Assembly: GCA_951406725.2 (NCBI GenBank)
Contig: OX597822.1
Span: 102,920,001-102,984,000 of the forward strand
Length of the DNA stretch: 64,000 nt
DNA from: Octopus vulgaris
Taxonomy: Eukaryota
Direction: 5' to 3'
Part shown: piece by piece, positions 50,380-63,778 of the stretch
Numbering within the stretch: the first letter of the stretch is position 1
Layout of the letters: every line of letters starts with the position of its first letter
Program-made: the position numbers and the translations under genes
The notes under the pieces: generated by a model
What the model was told of the DNA's origin: nothing
Seen by the model: the letters and a program-made list of their open reading frames with translations, nothing else
The model's database searches: none

Positions 50380-50800
50380 TACTCGTAACATTCTTTGTGT
50401 GGAAATGGGAAGACAGAGAGACTGTTGATACATGGGTTTGGGGTTTGGGGGAATTACTTTCCTCATTCTGTAACCAGATATGAACATTCCTTTTGGCCAA
50501 ATTCCATGACTATATCAGCTGAAAATGTTGTTATTAATTCCAGTTGTTTTTTTGGCATTGTTAACTCTTTTAACATAAATCTTCAGGTCGTCTACAAAGG
50601 AATTATGAGTTACATTGATATTTCTGGTAGTTGAAGATCCTTGCATGTAACCATTTGTTTTCTGCAGTAGGAACAATAATGGGTTCAGTGCCAAAATTAA
50701 AAGAAGTACAGAAAGACTATCTCCTTGCATTATTCCCTTTGAAATGTGTATGCTATCAGAAACAATTATTCTGTTCTCAGTTGAAAGGGTAAGAATTGTT
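50380..50800 (-). mobile_element. R4/Dong-like non-LTR RT fragment
   Basis: GIMQGDSLSVLLLILALNPL...VTHNSFVDDLKIY, cf. GI.QGDSLSP..F...HL.YMDDLK.Y. Confidence 0.78.
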
Positions 50801-50941
50801 GTCCTTGTCTTTATGTCTGTCTGTTTGTCTATATCTGTATGTATGCATGTATGTATGTATGTATGTATGTATGTATGTCTCTTCTTTTTTATAATTATTA
50901 TAAATCTTCCACTGAGGAGGGAGCCAGTTTCCATATGTATG

Positions 50942-50975
<34 letters not shown>

Positions 50976-53900
50976 TGTATGTATGTATGTATGTATGTAC
51001 GTACGTACGTATGTATGTATATGTTTATACACACACATATGTATACATATGTATGTCTGTATTTATATCTATGTATATATACACCACATATTTATGTATA
51101 CATTTATACACATACACACAGGCATATATTTATATATATAAAGAAAAGGAGGACAGAGCAGGACTTGAAATTAGAACTTGTATTATTAACATCCACAAGT
51201 AATTAGCATACCATAGCCTGACTATAGAAAAACTCTTTTCAATGGCTATCCCACTCTAAGACATTTCCATCCCAGAAATATAGATTTGGAATCTTAAGTA
51301 TTCATTCTTTTTATACCAACTTGTAACACACATTCAAAAGAAGAAATTAAGTGACATATATGAGTAATATAGTATACAAATAGATATTTCTTCTCAGTAA
51401 TATACATACATACCAAAAGGTACACACATGCATTGTTCACAATCTCCAGTGAACAAACATTCCTTAGTTCTGTGGATATGTGTCCACCAGTAGAATGAAA
51501 AATATCTTAAATGGAAAAACAAGTGGTACTAGGTGACAGTAAAAGCACCCAGCTGTAGGACATGTGCCTCAATATGTTTTGACAAACCCCATGCTGTCAT
51601 TGAAAAATGGACATAAAAATATTGACAATGTCGCTGAAGATGATGATTGTGTATGTGGGTGAGAATATTTACTTTTATAATGAAATATTGAGATAAAAAA
51701 AGAAAGAAAAAGATTTCGAGCTTTTCATCATCATCATCATCATCATCATTTAACGTCTGCTTTCCATGCTAGCATGAGTTGGACGATTTGACTGAGGTCT
51801 GGTGAACCAGATGGGTCGACGAGGATCTAATCTTGATCTGGCAGAGTTTCTACAGCTGGATGCCCTTCCTAACGCCAACCACTCCGAGAGTGTAGTGGGT
51901 GCTTTTTATGTGCCACCGGCACAGGGGCTAATCAGGCGGTACTGGCAATGACCTCGCTCGAATCTTTGTACACATGCTACCAGCACAGGTGTCAGTAAGG
52001 CGACATTGATAACAATCATGCTCGAATGGTGCCCTTTACGTGCCACGGCATGGGGGCAAGTCAGGCAGTACTGGCAATGACCTCGCTCGAATCTTTTTAC
52101 ACATGCCACTGGCACAGGTGCCAGTAAGGCGACGTTGGTAATGATAACGCTCGAATGGTGCCCTTTTACATGCCACCGACACAGAAGCCAGTTGGCTGCT
52201 CTGGCAACGATCATGCTCGGATGGTGCTTTTGGCACCCTACTAGCCTTTTATACTGCATAAATAATTTTCAAACGATAGAAATTTCCTGTCTAGCTTTGA
52301 CTGTGGGAAAATGGTAAGAAGTTTGCGTCCAGACCATGAGGTTTCAGGTTCAGTCCTATTGTGTTGCACCTTGGGCAAATGTCTCCTACTAAAGTTCCAT
52401 GTCAATCAAAGCCTTGTGTGTAAATTTAGGAGAAAGAAACTAAAAGAAGCCCATTGTGTGTGTTTATGTGTGTGTGTGTGTGTGTATATATCCTTACCTT
52501 CGAAACAAGGAGTAGATAAAAGAGGGGACAACTGATGAAGGGAATGTTGCCTGTCTCATTTCTCTATTTGTTTCTTTCGTTGTTCAAAAAAAAGTTCATT
52601 TTCTATGTTTTTTTTTTTATGTTCTCGTTTCTCTTTTTGTTCACGTGTTTTGATGTTCTGTAGCCATATATGCATGTATATATACATATAAATGTCGGTA
52701 TGTACATATATGTATGTATATACATACCTACATATATATGTATACATATATACATACATATATGTATACATATATATGTATGTATATAGGCATATACTTA
52801 TAAGACCTGTTGAGGCAAGTGAAATCAAAATCGAAATCAAATTTGATGACTGGCATCTGTGCTAGTGGAGCACTAAGAGTACCATCCAAGTGTGATCGTT
52901 GCCAGAGCAACAAACTGGCTTCCGTGCCAGTGACATGTAAAAAGCACCATTCGAGCGTGATCGTTACCTGTGTCACCTTACTGGCACTTGTGCTGGTGGC
53001 ATGTGAAAAAACATTCAAGCGAAAAACTTTTGAAGCACCAACTTCTACACACGTAGGAACCGCTCTCCTCTTTGTCACCGACTTCATTGACACAGAACAA
53101 ACTGGTAATTTATCTCCATCTTGTGTCTGGACATTTCTATTTGTTCTCTAATTGTTCTTTATGTCTCACTCTTATAATACACACGAACACACAGACACAA
53201 ACACTTGTTGCACGCACCGTTTTTGTACTTACAACGGACACACAGACACACTTATCGCACGCACTCAGACACTACACTCTGCTAGCGCTCACATGCTCAT
53301 ATCATTATTGTACACATCTGTAAATAAAGTCTTTCTCTCTCTCAAACAGTAAAAAGGTTGTGTTCTCTCTTATTCTTTTATACCATGTATTTGGTTTCCT
53401 CTTTTGTAGATGACTGTACAGTGTTTAAAAGCAGACATTTCTGTCGCCAACTCCTTTACGTACGGTCGTTCGCTACAGACCAAGCATTTTATTTTACAGA
53501 GACTAAATCTTTATCATCATCATCATTTAATCGCCATCTTCCATGCTGGCATAGGTTAGATGGTTTTATAGGAGCTAGCATGCCAGAGAGAGCAGCACCA
53601 GGTTCCATTGTCTGGCTTGGCATGGTTTCTACAGCTGGATGCCCTTCCTAATGCCAACCACTTTACAGAGTCTGCTGAGTACTTTTCTATGTGGCACCAG
53701 CACCTGTGGGGCTGCCAAGTAACATGCAAAACAAAGATCTCTCAGCTTGGAGTGGAAGTGATACTGAGGGAGAAGACTTTGTGCCAGTTGAGAGGTTAAA
53801 GTACAACAGAGGAATAGAGATAGAGGAATAAATGTCATATTAAATGTAAATAAAACAGATTTGATAAATAAACAATGTTATGAGTATATATTTTCAATTC

Positions 53901-54409
53901 CTCATAGGTCAAATTTAAACTGAAGAGTACATTTAAGCTAGGAATGTCTAAATATATTATCATGAATAAAAGCCAAAGGTCATAGTTCAAGATTTAATAC
54001 GAAGGATAAACAAATTATTTGCTGAAATATCTAAGAAAGAAATTATTTGAAAGAGGAATGAGAAAATAACAAGTTTTATAGGGTGTAAGAGATAGAACAA
54101 TCTCTAAACTATTGTTTTAACCATTTTGGTACTGTATTCCTTCCAAAATACACTGCCTTTGTTTTGATCAGTTTTGAAAATAATGAAGAATTTAGAAAAA
54201 TAACATTGTTGTCATTAAAGTAGAATTTGGAATATAAATCTACATGGAATTTTGATAGACAGCTTTAATTTAGTTCCCTTTAACCCTTTTGTTACCATAT
54301 TTCCATTGAAACGCACTGCCTTTGTTTTGATTAATTTTGATTGATTTTGAAAATAATGAAGTATTTAGAAAAATAACATTGTTATTAAACTAATGTTTGG
54401 AATATATAT

Positions 54410-54850
54410 AGGCGTAGGAGTGGCTGTGTGGTAAGTAGCTTGCTTAAGAATCACATGGTTCTGGGTTCAGTCCCACTGCATGGTACCTTGGGCAAGTGTC
54501 TTCTACTATAGCCTTGGGCCCACCAAAGCCTTGTGAGTGGATTTGGTAGACAGAAACTGAAAGAAGCCCGTCGTATATATAATTTTATATGTGTGTGTGT
54601 GTGTATGTGTGTGTGTGTGTGTGCGTGTGTGTTTATATGTGTTTGTGTGTCTGTGTTTGTCCCTCCAACATCGCTTGACAACCGATGCTGGTGTGTTTAC
54701 GTCCCCGTAACTTAGCGGTTCGTCAAAAGAGACCGATAGAATAAGTACTAGGCTTACAAAGAATAAGTCCCGGGGTCGATTTGCTCGACTAAAGGCAGTG
54801 CTCCAGCATGGCCGCAGTCAAATGACTGAAACAAGTAAAAGAGTAAAAGA
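54410..54850 (+). mobile_element. tRNA-derived SINE family B (CORE-like ACCTTGGGCAAGT, internal (TA)n/(TG)n), full-length; other copies near 10905-11308(+), 20905-21890(-), 27230-27625(-), 41785-42150(-), 42215-42500(+), 55130-55350(-), 56990-57400(-), 60020-60460(-), 61215-61615(-)
   Basis: A box TGGCTGTGTGG, B box GGTTCAGTCCC, shared body and AGTAAAAG tail repeats across many copies in the window. Confidence 0.85.
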
Positions 54851-55961
54851 ATATAAATCTTCAGGAAATTGTCCGGGAAGTCTTTAATTTAGATCACTTT
54901 AACCCTTTTGTTACCATATTTCTGTTTAAATACTCTATCTTTGTATTAAGTTTGAAAATAATGGCAAATTTAGTAAAATAATTCTATCATTATTAAACTA
55001 GTGTTTGGAACATAAACCAACATGAAATTTTGATAGATTTTTACTTATCTCTTATCTTCTGCTTGTTCTCAGTCAAGGGTTTCACTGAACAAATCAATGC
55101 TGAACAAATCAATGCTGAACTACTAAGTTACTAGGATGTAAACAAACCAACACCAATGGTGGGGGATATACATATATACATATACGACGGGTTTCTTTCA
55201 GTTTCCGTCTACCAAATCCACTCACAAGACTTTGGTCAGCCTGAGGCTATAGTAGAAGACACTTGCCCAAGGTACCACGCAGTGGGACTGAACCCGGAAC
55301 CATGTGGTTCGTAAGCAAGTTACATACCACACAGCCACTCCTACGCCTATACCATTTATTATTTTTTTCTGTTACAATTATGGTTTGAACCAGTGCACAC
55401 TGCGTGTTTGCTGTTGAAGCATTTATGAAAACTGATGAATCTGGGAGGTCTTTTTGCCACATGCCACAGAACCAGAGCAGGTTAGTATCAAAAGGGTTAA
55501 TTGGTTTATCAACTCAAATTACAAGATATCATAACAGTATCATTAAAAAAAAAAAAAAAAGACACAGAATTTCAGAATTTCGACATAAAAATATCCCCCC
55601 CGCAACATGAAAGTAAAAATAAAAAACTATGTTAGCAGCTCTTCATCTACTGAACTTGAAATGTCAAATACTGACTGTTTCCCCTCCGCAGCCTTTACCC
55701 AACAAAACAATCAGTGAAGTAATTTATTAAGAGAACGTAACCAATGTTATTTGTAATGTCAGTGCTTGCTCTCTGCGTTCGTTACCCATTACAACATGAA
55801 ACGCTTAATGGGAGAGCGGGAAAAGTTCACTTGCTCTTGTGAAGTAAATGTGACACAATGTGTTTTTCTCAAGTTTAAATTAGCTCTGGCTAAAAGAGAA
55901 ATTGGTAGCGTGGCTTGGGTTGTAAGCAATTTAAATTCTAGCTGTATTATTCAATCCGTGT

Positions 55962-56470
55962 TCACCACCACAGCCACCATCTCGCCCTATCATCATCAGC
56001 ATACCCCCATTATCATCACCATCACCATCACGAACACTAAAACCAACACCACCAATACCACCACCATCACCACCACCACCACCACCACCACCACCACCAC
56101 CATCATCACTACAACCACCACCACCAACACCACCATCATCATCACTACAACCACCACCACCACCACCACTACTACCACCATCATCATCATCACTACAACC
56201 ACCACCACCAACACCACTACTACCACCATCATCATCACTACAACCACCACCACCACCATCACTACAACCACCACCATCATCACTACAACCACCACCACCA
56301 TCATCATCATCACTACAACCACCACCACCACCACCACCACCACCACCACCATCATCATCACTACAACCACCACCACCACCACCACCACCACTACCACCAT
56401 CATCATCATCACCACCACAACCACTGCTGCCGCCATAGTGGTCTCCACTGCTGCCTCCACCCCCACCCCC
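55962..56470. repeat. Compound trinucleotide microsatellite, (ACC)n(ATC)n-ACT-ACA higher-order unit
   Basis: Directly visible; explains the poly-Thr, poly-Gly and poly-Val ORFs. Confidence 0.92.
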
Positions 56471-57809
56471 TTCTGCTACTGCTGACATCCCCTCTACCAC
56501 CTCACCCTATCATTCCTATTATCAGGGAACCCTATAATCACATTCCCATATTTTCTCTCCTCAGACAGAATTTATTGAGGCAAATTTTTCCAAGGCAGAA
56601 TGACCGTTCTGCTTCCAAACTAGGTAATATTTCCTTGTTGCCTGACATGATTTTCACTGAAGATGAAGGAATCCAAGATGTAGCCAACAGATAGTATCAA
56701 CAATATAAAAAAAGGAAAAAAAAAAAAAGAAAGAAAAAAAAACAATAAAAAACATTATCACCCCATGCCATGTCTTCACATTAACGAAAAAAATGAATTT
56801 GTTTCCTCAATCATGGTTGTTATTCTTGGCCCACATCATGTGAAACATCTGATAACTTTATTTAGACAAGTATATTTTAAATTCTATAATGTGAATCATA
56901 ATATATATATTCTTTTACTTGCTTCAGTCATTTGACTGTGGCTATGCTGGAGTGCGATCTTTAGTCAACCAAATCAATCCCAGTACTTATACTCTCTTTT
57001 ACTCTTTTACTTGTTTCAGTCATTTGACTGCGGCCATGCTGGAGCACCGCCTTTAGTCGAGCAACTCGACCCCGGGACTTATTCTTTTGTAAGCCCAGTA
57101 CTTATTCTATCGGTCTCTTTTGCCGAACCGCTAAGTAACGGGGACATAAACACACCAGCATCGGTTGTCAAGCAATGCTAGGGGGACAAACACACACACA
57201 CACAAACACACACACGCATATATATATATATACGACGGGCTTCTTTCAGTTTTCGTCTACCAAATCCACTCACAAGGCTTTGGTCGGCCCGAGGCTATAG
57301 TAGAAGACACCTGCCCAAGGTGCCACGCAGTGGGAACGAACCCGGAACCATGTGGTTGGTAAAGAAGCTACTTACCACACAGCCACACCTGTGCCTATAG
57401 AAGCTACTTACCACACAGCCACACCTGTGCCTTATACTTTGTAAGCCTAGTACTTATTCTATCAGCTGCTTTTGCCGAACTGCAAAGTTATGGGGATGTA
57501 AACACACCAGCATTGGTTGTCAAGCGATGTTGGGGGGACAAGCATAGACACACAAACATATACAACGCATACATACATATATATGTGTGTGTGTGTGGTA
57601 TTTTTATATAACCTTAAAGCAATCACTGTGCAATGACTAAAGAATCTAATAAAGGGGCATATAAGCCCTCGACAGAAAAAAAGAAGGATTTCCTATCCAT
57701 GTGGGACTTGAACCCACATCTCTTTGTTAACATGACTAAGTGTGTTACCATTACACCAACAAATTAGCCTCCCTCTTTCTGTCAAATTTAAGAACTATAT
57801 TAGTTCGTA

Positions 57810-58322
57810 CTAGCAGTATCGCCCGGCGTTGCTCGGGTTTGTAAGGGAAATAACTATATAAGCATTTTTAGAGAGTTACTTCCCTTATAGATGCCAATTC
57901 GGGCTTTCTTAGCCATTTCTGTTTTGGTGTCTTCAAGCCATGAAGTCGTTGTTCTAAAAGAACGCTGGTCTCCTTGACAACACTTTACGACGTTGATTTC
58001 CTTACACTCCCTTCCCCACAGCTTCACGAGGGAGGGAAGAAGGGGGAGAAGCAAACAGGTGCAGGTGTGACTATGGATGCCAACTCCGCCGCCATCGACA
58101 CACGAAAAATTATGCATTAAAATGGAATAAAAAATGATGTTAAATTATTTTTAAAATCATAGACTCATCGTAGATGCGCGCTAATACTCAGACAGGCTCG
58201 ATATGAATCACGACTATAAGATACCCGAATTTGGTTAAACTGCACCGCAAAATGTGGGAGTAGTTAGAAATCTAAATCGAAGGGGACAGACACTCACACA
58301 ACTACAGTTTTATATATATAGA
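57810..58322 (-). mobile_element. Non-autonomous Helitron (type 1, longer form)
   Basis: Same termini as 8748-9143, plus an extra GC-richer internal segment at about 57890-58110. Confidence 0.87.
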
Positions 58323-58584
58323 TTTGTTCTATGTAAACAAACTTTCTATGTGATTTCAATGTGAATGGTTTTTTTATACGGTGCCATATTTTACAATTCT
58401 GTAAATGATAATAATTATGGAATTTTTATATAAGCTTAAAGCTTACAGTGACTAAGGAAACTAGTCTAGACTATTTCCTTAGGTGATGGCCATAAGCTTT
58501 AAGCTTATACAAAAATACCATCATTATTATTTACAGGATTGTAAAATACAGCACACTGTATAAAAAAAAAACCCATTTGCACCA

Positions 58585-58625
<41 letters not shown>

Positions 58626-58783
58626 GGGTTTCTTTCAGTTTCTGTCTACCGAATCCGCTAACAAGGGTTTGGTCGGCCCAAGGCTATAGTAGAAGACACT
58701 TATCCAAGGTCCCACCATGTAGTGAGACTGAACCTGGAATCATGTGGTTGGTAAGCAAGCTACTTACCACACAGCCACTCCTG

Positions 58784-58868
<85 letters not shown>

Positions 58869-60227
58869 ACACACACACACACACATATAAGAGAAGACGT
58901 CAAAAATTATCTGCACTTTCACAATAAGATATCTTTATTATTGTTACATTGACTTCTGTGCATGCATGCTTATAGTTTGTACTACTGTGGTCACGTGATC
59001 GAAGTTTGAGTCTGATCATGCCATTTTTCTTTCTGGTTTTACAGTGTAAGCATGACTGCTCCACTAGCCTGACACACAGAGAGGGAGCAGGACACCTGTC
59101 AACCTCCACCACTGACGAGAAGATTCAGTAAGCTCGAGAGATGGTAATGGTGAACCGGTTCACCATTTCCATCTCTCAGATCCCATCTATACATATATAA
59201 ATGCAAGTTGTCTGTTTGTGTCAAGCTGCTATTTACACCCATTAACGAATTTTCATGAAACTTTGCAAACATGTTCATGTAACATCCAGTTTGTTACTAT
59301 GCTCAATGAAGTTTAATAAAAATTTATAATTGGATGACTAGGGCCCCTAGAAGGGATCCACATATATAATCAACATATTTTCCTTTAAGAGCCAAGGGAA
59401 ATAACCCATTCATTTTCCTTCCAGGAATACAAAAATAAACAGATGTACTTCAAGAGGACACAGCTTGGATTTTAACCCTATCTACATAATATACATACAT
59501 GTATATGTACATATTTACATACATGGAAAATGTATGTTAAATGATGATGATGATGATGGTGAAAAAAAGGAACCTTTATGTATAGAGATATTACAGTTGA
59601 ACAGCTGACATAGTTTACTGGGAGTGTCATAGAATTATAATGGGACTAAAGGAAAAAAATAACTTTTAATCTTTTGAGGACAAGCATTCTTCTGAATCAA
59701 AAAAATATACAATGCAACAGAAAAAAAATAATAATAAATAAAGCAATGGCATTATTAAAATTTCTAATTGTGGAAATTCCATTCTTGTCAGTAAAAGGAA
59801 TCTATGTTTATTTGCCACTCCCTTCTGTCAAGTAAGAGACTCTTTTTGTTATGTGTGAAGTAAAGTGTTTATCTCTTGTGGAAGATGTATTTCTAGTTCT
59901 ACGGAAGGTCAGTCTTAGAGAAGAGGGAACTTTTCCTCTTACAGACAGATGGAATCTCTTGTTCTGCAATTCCACATCAAGTCTGATTGTACACTTACAG
60001 TCAAAGGCATTCCAACCATGACTTTACTCTTTTACTTGTTTCAGTAATTTGACTGTGGCCATGCTTTAGTCGAACAAATCGACCCCAGGACTTATTCTTT
60101 GTAAGCCTAGTACTTATTTTATCGGTCTTTTTTGCCGAACTGCTAAGTTATGGGGACATAGACACACCAGCATCAGTTGTCAAGCAATGTTGGGGGACAA
60201 ACACAGACACAAACATATACACACATG

Positions 60228-60270
<43 letters not shown>

Positions 60271-62752
60271 ATATATACACACACATATACATTTATATGA
60301 CGTGCTTCTTTCAGTTTCCCTCTACCAAATCCACTCACAAGGCTTTGGTCAGCCTGAGGCTATAGTAGAAGACACTTGCCCAAGATACCACACAGCGGGA
60401 CTGAAACCCAGAACTACGTGGTTGGTAAGCAAGCTACTTACCACACAGCCACTCCTATGACTGTACATACTTTTAAGAAAATCTATGAATACCATTATTT
60501 CCTTATTGTAATCTTTCCCCCTTATCTTTTTTTCTGAGATGTTAACTGAAAGAGATTTGGCAACTATTTCTAGCAGGTCTTGTAGCCATGTAGAGGTTTC
60601 CACGTTGGCAGAGCTGTTAGAGCATCAAATAAAATGCTTCACAATATTTGTTCTGGCTCTCTGAATTCAAATCCTACCAAAGCCAACTTTGCCTTTCTTC
60701 TTTTCTGGGACCAAAAAAAAAAAAAAAAAAGCAGTTCCAATCTAGATTGGTGGATTGGCAGAAATGGTAGAACATCAAACCAATTGCCTCCCAGTATTTG
60801 TTCCATCATCTTAATTTGAGTCCAATAGCAAGAATTTTGCCAGAATTCTGGTTTCAGTATACTGTCTACACTCCTGTTCACCAGTCTTGGAAGCTGTGCA
60901 AAAAGGTTACAAACACTTCCCTTCTGAGATAAGTAAATAGTAAATGTAGAGGTGCATGGCTTAGTGGTTAGGGTGTTGGACTCATGATTGTGGTTTTGAT
61001 TCCTGGACCAGGCGATGTGTTGTATTCTTGAGCAAAACACTTCATTTCGCTTTGCTCCTAACCACTCAGCTGGTAAAAATGAATAATCCTATGATGGACT
61101 GTCGTCCAGTCCAAGTGGGGAGTTTATAAGCCAGGGAAACTGGCCCTATGAATCTTATATGACTCAGGAAAGGACTCTATTTTTCTTTAGAAAACATATT
61201 ATATCTACATATAGATTCTTTTATTCTTTTACTTGTTTCAGTCATTTTGACTGTGGCCATGCTGGAGCACCACCTTTTAGTAAAAAAAAAAACCAATCCT
61301 TGGACTTATTCTTTGTAAGCCTGGTACTTATTGTATCGGTCTCTTTTGCCAAACCACTAAGTTACAGGGACATAAACACACCAACATTGGTTGTCAAGCG
61401 ATGGTGAGGGGACAGACACAAACATATACATACACACATAAGCATTTATATACGATGGGCTTCTTTCAGTTTCCGTCTACCAAATCTATTTATAAGGCTT
61501 TGGCCGGCCTGAAGATATAGTAGAAGACACTTGCCCAAGGTGCCATATAGTGGGACGGAATTCTGTACCATGTGGTTGGGAAGCAAGCTTCTAATCACAC
61601 AGCCACGCCTGCACCTATATATATGTATATAAATTTAAAATAATAAGGGTGAAAATTTAAAATAATAATATTTTAAATTTAAATTTAAGTAGCTAACCGG
61701 CAAAATTCACTGCAGAAAATTATTTTCTGCAGAATTATTTCCGGCAGTTTGGCATGCCAAAACGAAGACTTTTGAAAGGTGACCCCAAGCGTAATTGGTA
61801 GAACCGTATACATGTTCAACCTCATGCGGATGCCTCGTGTATAGTTCTGCAAATTATATTTGCAAAGATGATCACACTGATAAGTTGCGGACAATTACAT
61901 AAATGATTACGTAAGCGATAACAAAACCGAATTTGTGATTAATCTATATTTTGTATCTTTTCATTTGTCTTGCTTGCTTACATTCTGGCGTTTGCTAAAT
62001 TTTCTTGAGAACATTCCTTTCTTAGTGGTAAGACCATAGGGTGTCGACTTCTAGCATAATGGATGTCCACTTACAGGTCATCCCTCTTATATATATGTAA
62101 TATATATCATCATCATCATCATCGTTTAACGTCCGTTTTCCGCATTAGCACAGGTTGGACGGTTCAACCGGGAATCTGGGAAGCCAGGGCCGCACCAGGC
62201 TCCAGTCTGATCTGGCAGTGTTTCTACAGCTGGATGCCATTCCTAATGCCAACCACTCCGCGAGTGTAGTGGGTGCTTTTTACGTGCCACCTGCACAGGT
62301 GCCAGGGGAGTCTGGCATCGGCCACGATCGGTTGGTGCTTTTAACGTGCCACCGGCACGGAAGCCAGCCAAGGCGGTGCTGGCATCGGCCACGTACGGAT
62401 GGTGCTTTTTATGTGCCACCGGCACAGAAGCCAGTCGAGGCGGCGCTGCCAACGGCTACGTTCGGATGGTGCTTTTTATGTGCCACTGACACAGAAGCCA
62501 GTTGGGGCGGCGCTGGCATCGGCCACTTTTGGATGGTGCTTTTTATGTGCTACCAGCACAGAAGCCAGTTGGGGCGGCGCTGGCATCAGCCACGTTTGGA
62601 TGGTGCTTTTTATGTGCCACCGACACAGGTATCACAACTACTATTTCCATTGATATTTGTTTCGATGTTTGTGTACATGCACTTGACTCAACAGGTCTCC
62701 TCAAGCACAGCGAGACGTTCCGGGATCCAAGGTACTTTGAATGGGCAGGGGC

Positions 62753-62783
<31 letters not shown>

Positions 62784-63459
62784 GTATTTTAGCCTTAGGT
62801 CTGCTGCACTGATCAGCGCATTGGGTGTCAAGCCTCCTCCACCATGTTCAGTTGGCTGCTACCCTTGTACATTCATTCGATGTAATGTTGACTGTCTTCA
62901 GATCTTCTTGAAAAGTCTGCTGTGAAGTGATATTTGGATTGCCCCCTTTTACGCTTGCCATCAGTTGGTACCCAAATCATGGCTGTTTGTGAGTACCTGG
63001 CCAGTCAGGGGAAACTGGTTCTGGTACAATCTCTTGCTGTGATTCTGAGCTTGTTGCTCTCAGAATCTCTTCATTTGTGACATGGTCCAGTTAGCTGACC
63101 AACAGGATTTTTCAGTGGCACCTTTGATGGAATAAATTATACGTTTTTTTTAATTTTTTTTTTCACATTTTAAGAAATAACAATAACACACAATTTTATA
63201 GAATTTCTTTGCAAGTTTATTATATCAAAACTATTGTATGAAATCTCTGTGAATATTTTAGTTTCAGGTTATTAGCATCAGGTTACAACTGACTGTTAGC
63301 TAACACAGCGATGGCTTCTATTTCAACACGTGCAAGCTATAATAAAAAAGAAAGCAAACAGAGAATAAAGGAGAAAAAATATAAAAAAAAAAGCAGACCT
63401 ACAATTACTAGAGTTAGCAAAGGAAAATTAGATACAGCACTGACTAAATGTTAACAGAT

Positions 63460-63778
63460 ACTTACTTACCTGTGGCGACATTCACCCTGGGTGGGTTGAG
63501 CCGGCTTCTTCTCATGGAAGAAGTTTCGTGAGAATATGTGGATTTCACTAGCGGTCCCCAACAATCCCACATGTAGAGACATCCTGTTTGCTGCAGATTG
63601 TCCGCAGACGCAGGGACAGAACAACCGAAGGTTGCTGAAACAGACACTCCGAGGATTTTCACCGGGTTGTGGCCCTAATACCACTCAGTGTCAGACCAAT
63701 CCGCCTTGGGTGGCTCTACCAGGAACTGAAGTTCCCGATGGTACAGCTCTGACACTACCCGTTGCCAGCGTCCCCACC
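63460..63778 (-). mobile_element. 319-bp retroposed element with 10-bp TSD and (GTAA)n tail
   Basis: gttaacagat at 63450-63459 and 63779-63788; minus-strand end reads ...CGCCACAGGTAAGTAAGT; GC-rich relative to flanks. Confidence 0.75.

Noticed and set aside
50744-51206. Long ORFs rich in YVCM/HTYI
   Set aside because: (TATG)n microsatellite artefacts.
55766-56500. 239-aa Thr-rich mucin-like ORF and Gly/Asp- or Val-rich antisense ORFs
   Set aside because: A trinucleotide microsatellite is open in several frames on both strands by construction; no signal peptide or convincing splice context.
59112-59177. Hammerhead ribozyme (CTGACGAG...CTCGAGA plus long stem)
   Set aside because: GAAA is GAGA and no stem I pairing is visible; at most a decayed relic. 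The same applies to 52493-52542.
62270-62630. CRISPR-like repeat/spacer appearance
   Set aside because: The variable parts are homologous to each other, the array sits in a LINE 3'UTR in animal DNA, and there are no cas genes.
62155-62925. 256-aa repetitive ORF and similar ORFs at 46317, 31349, 32535 and 51906
   Set aside because: Translations of the RTE 3'UTR tandem modules; frames differ between copies.
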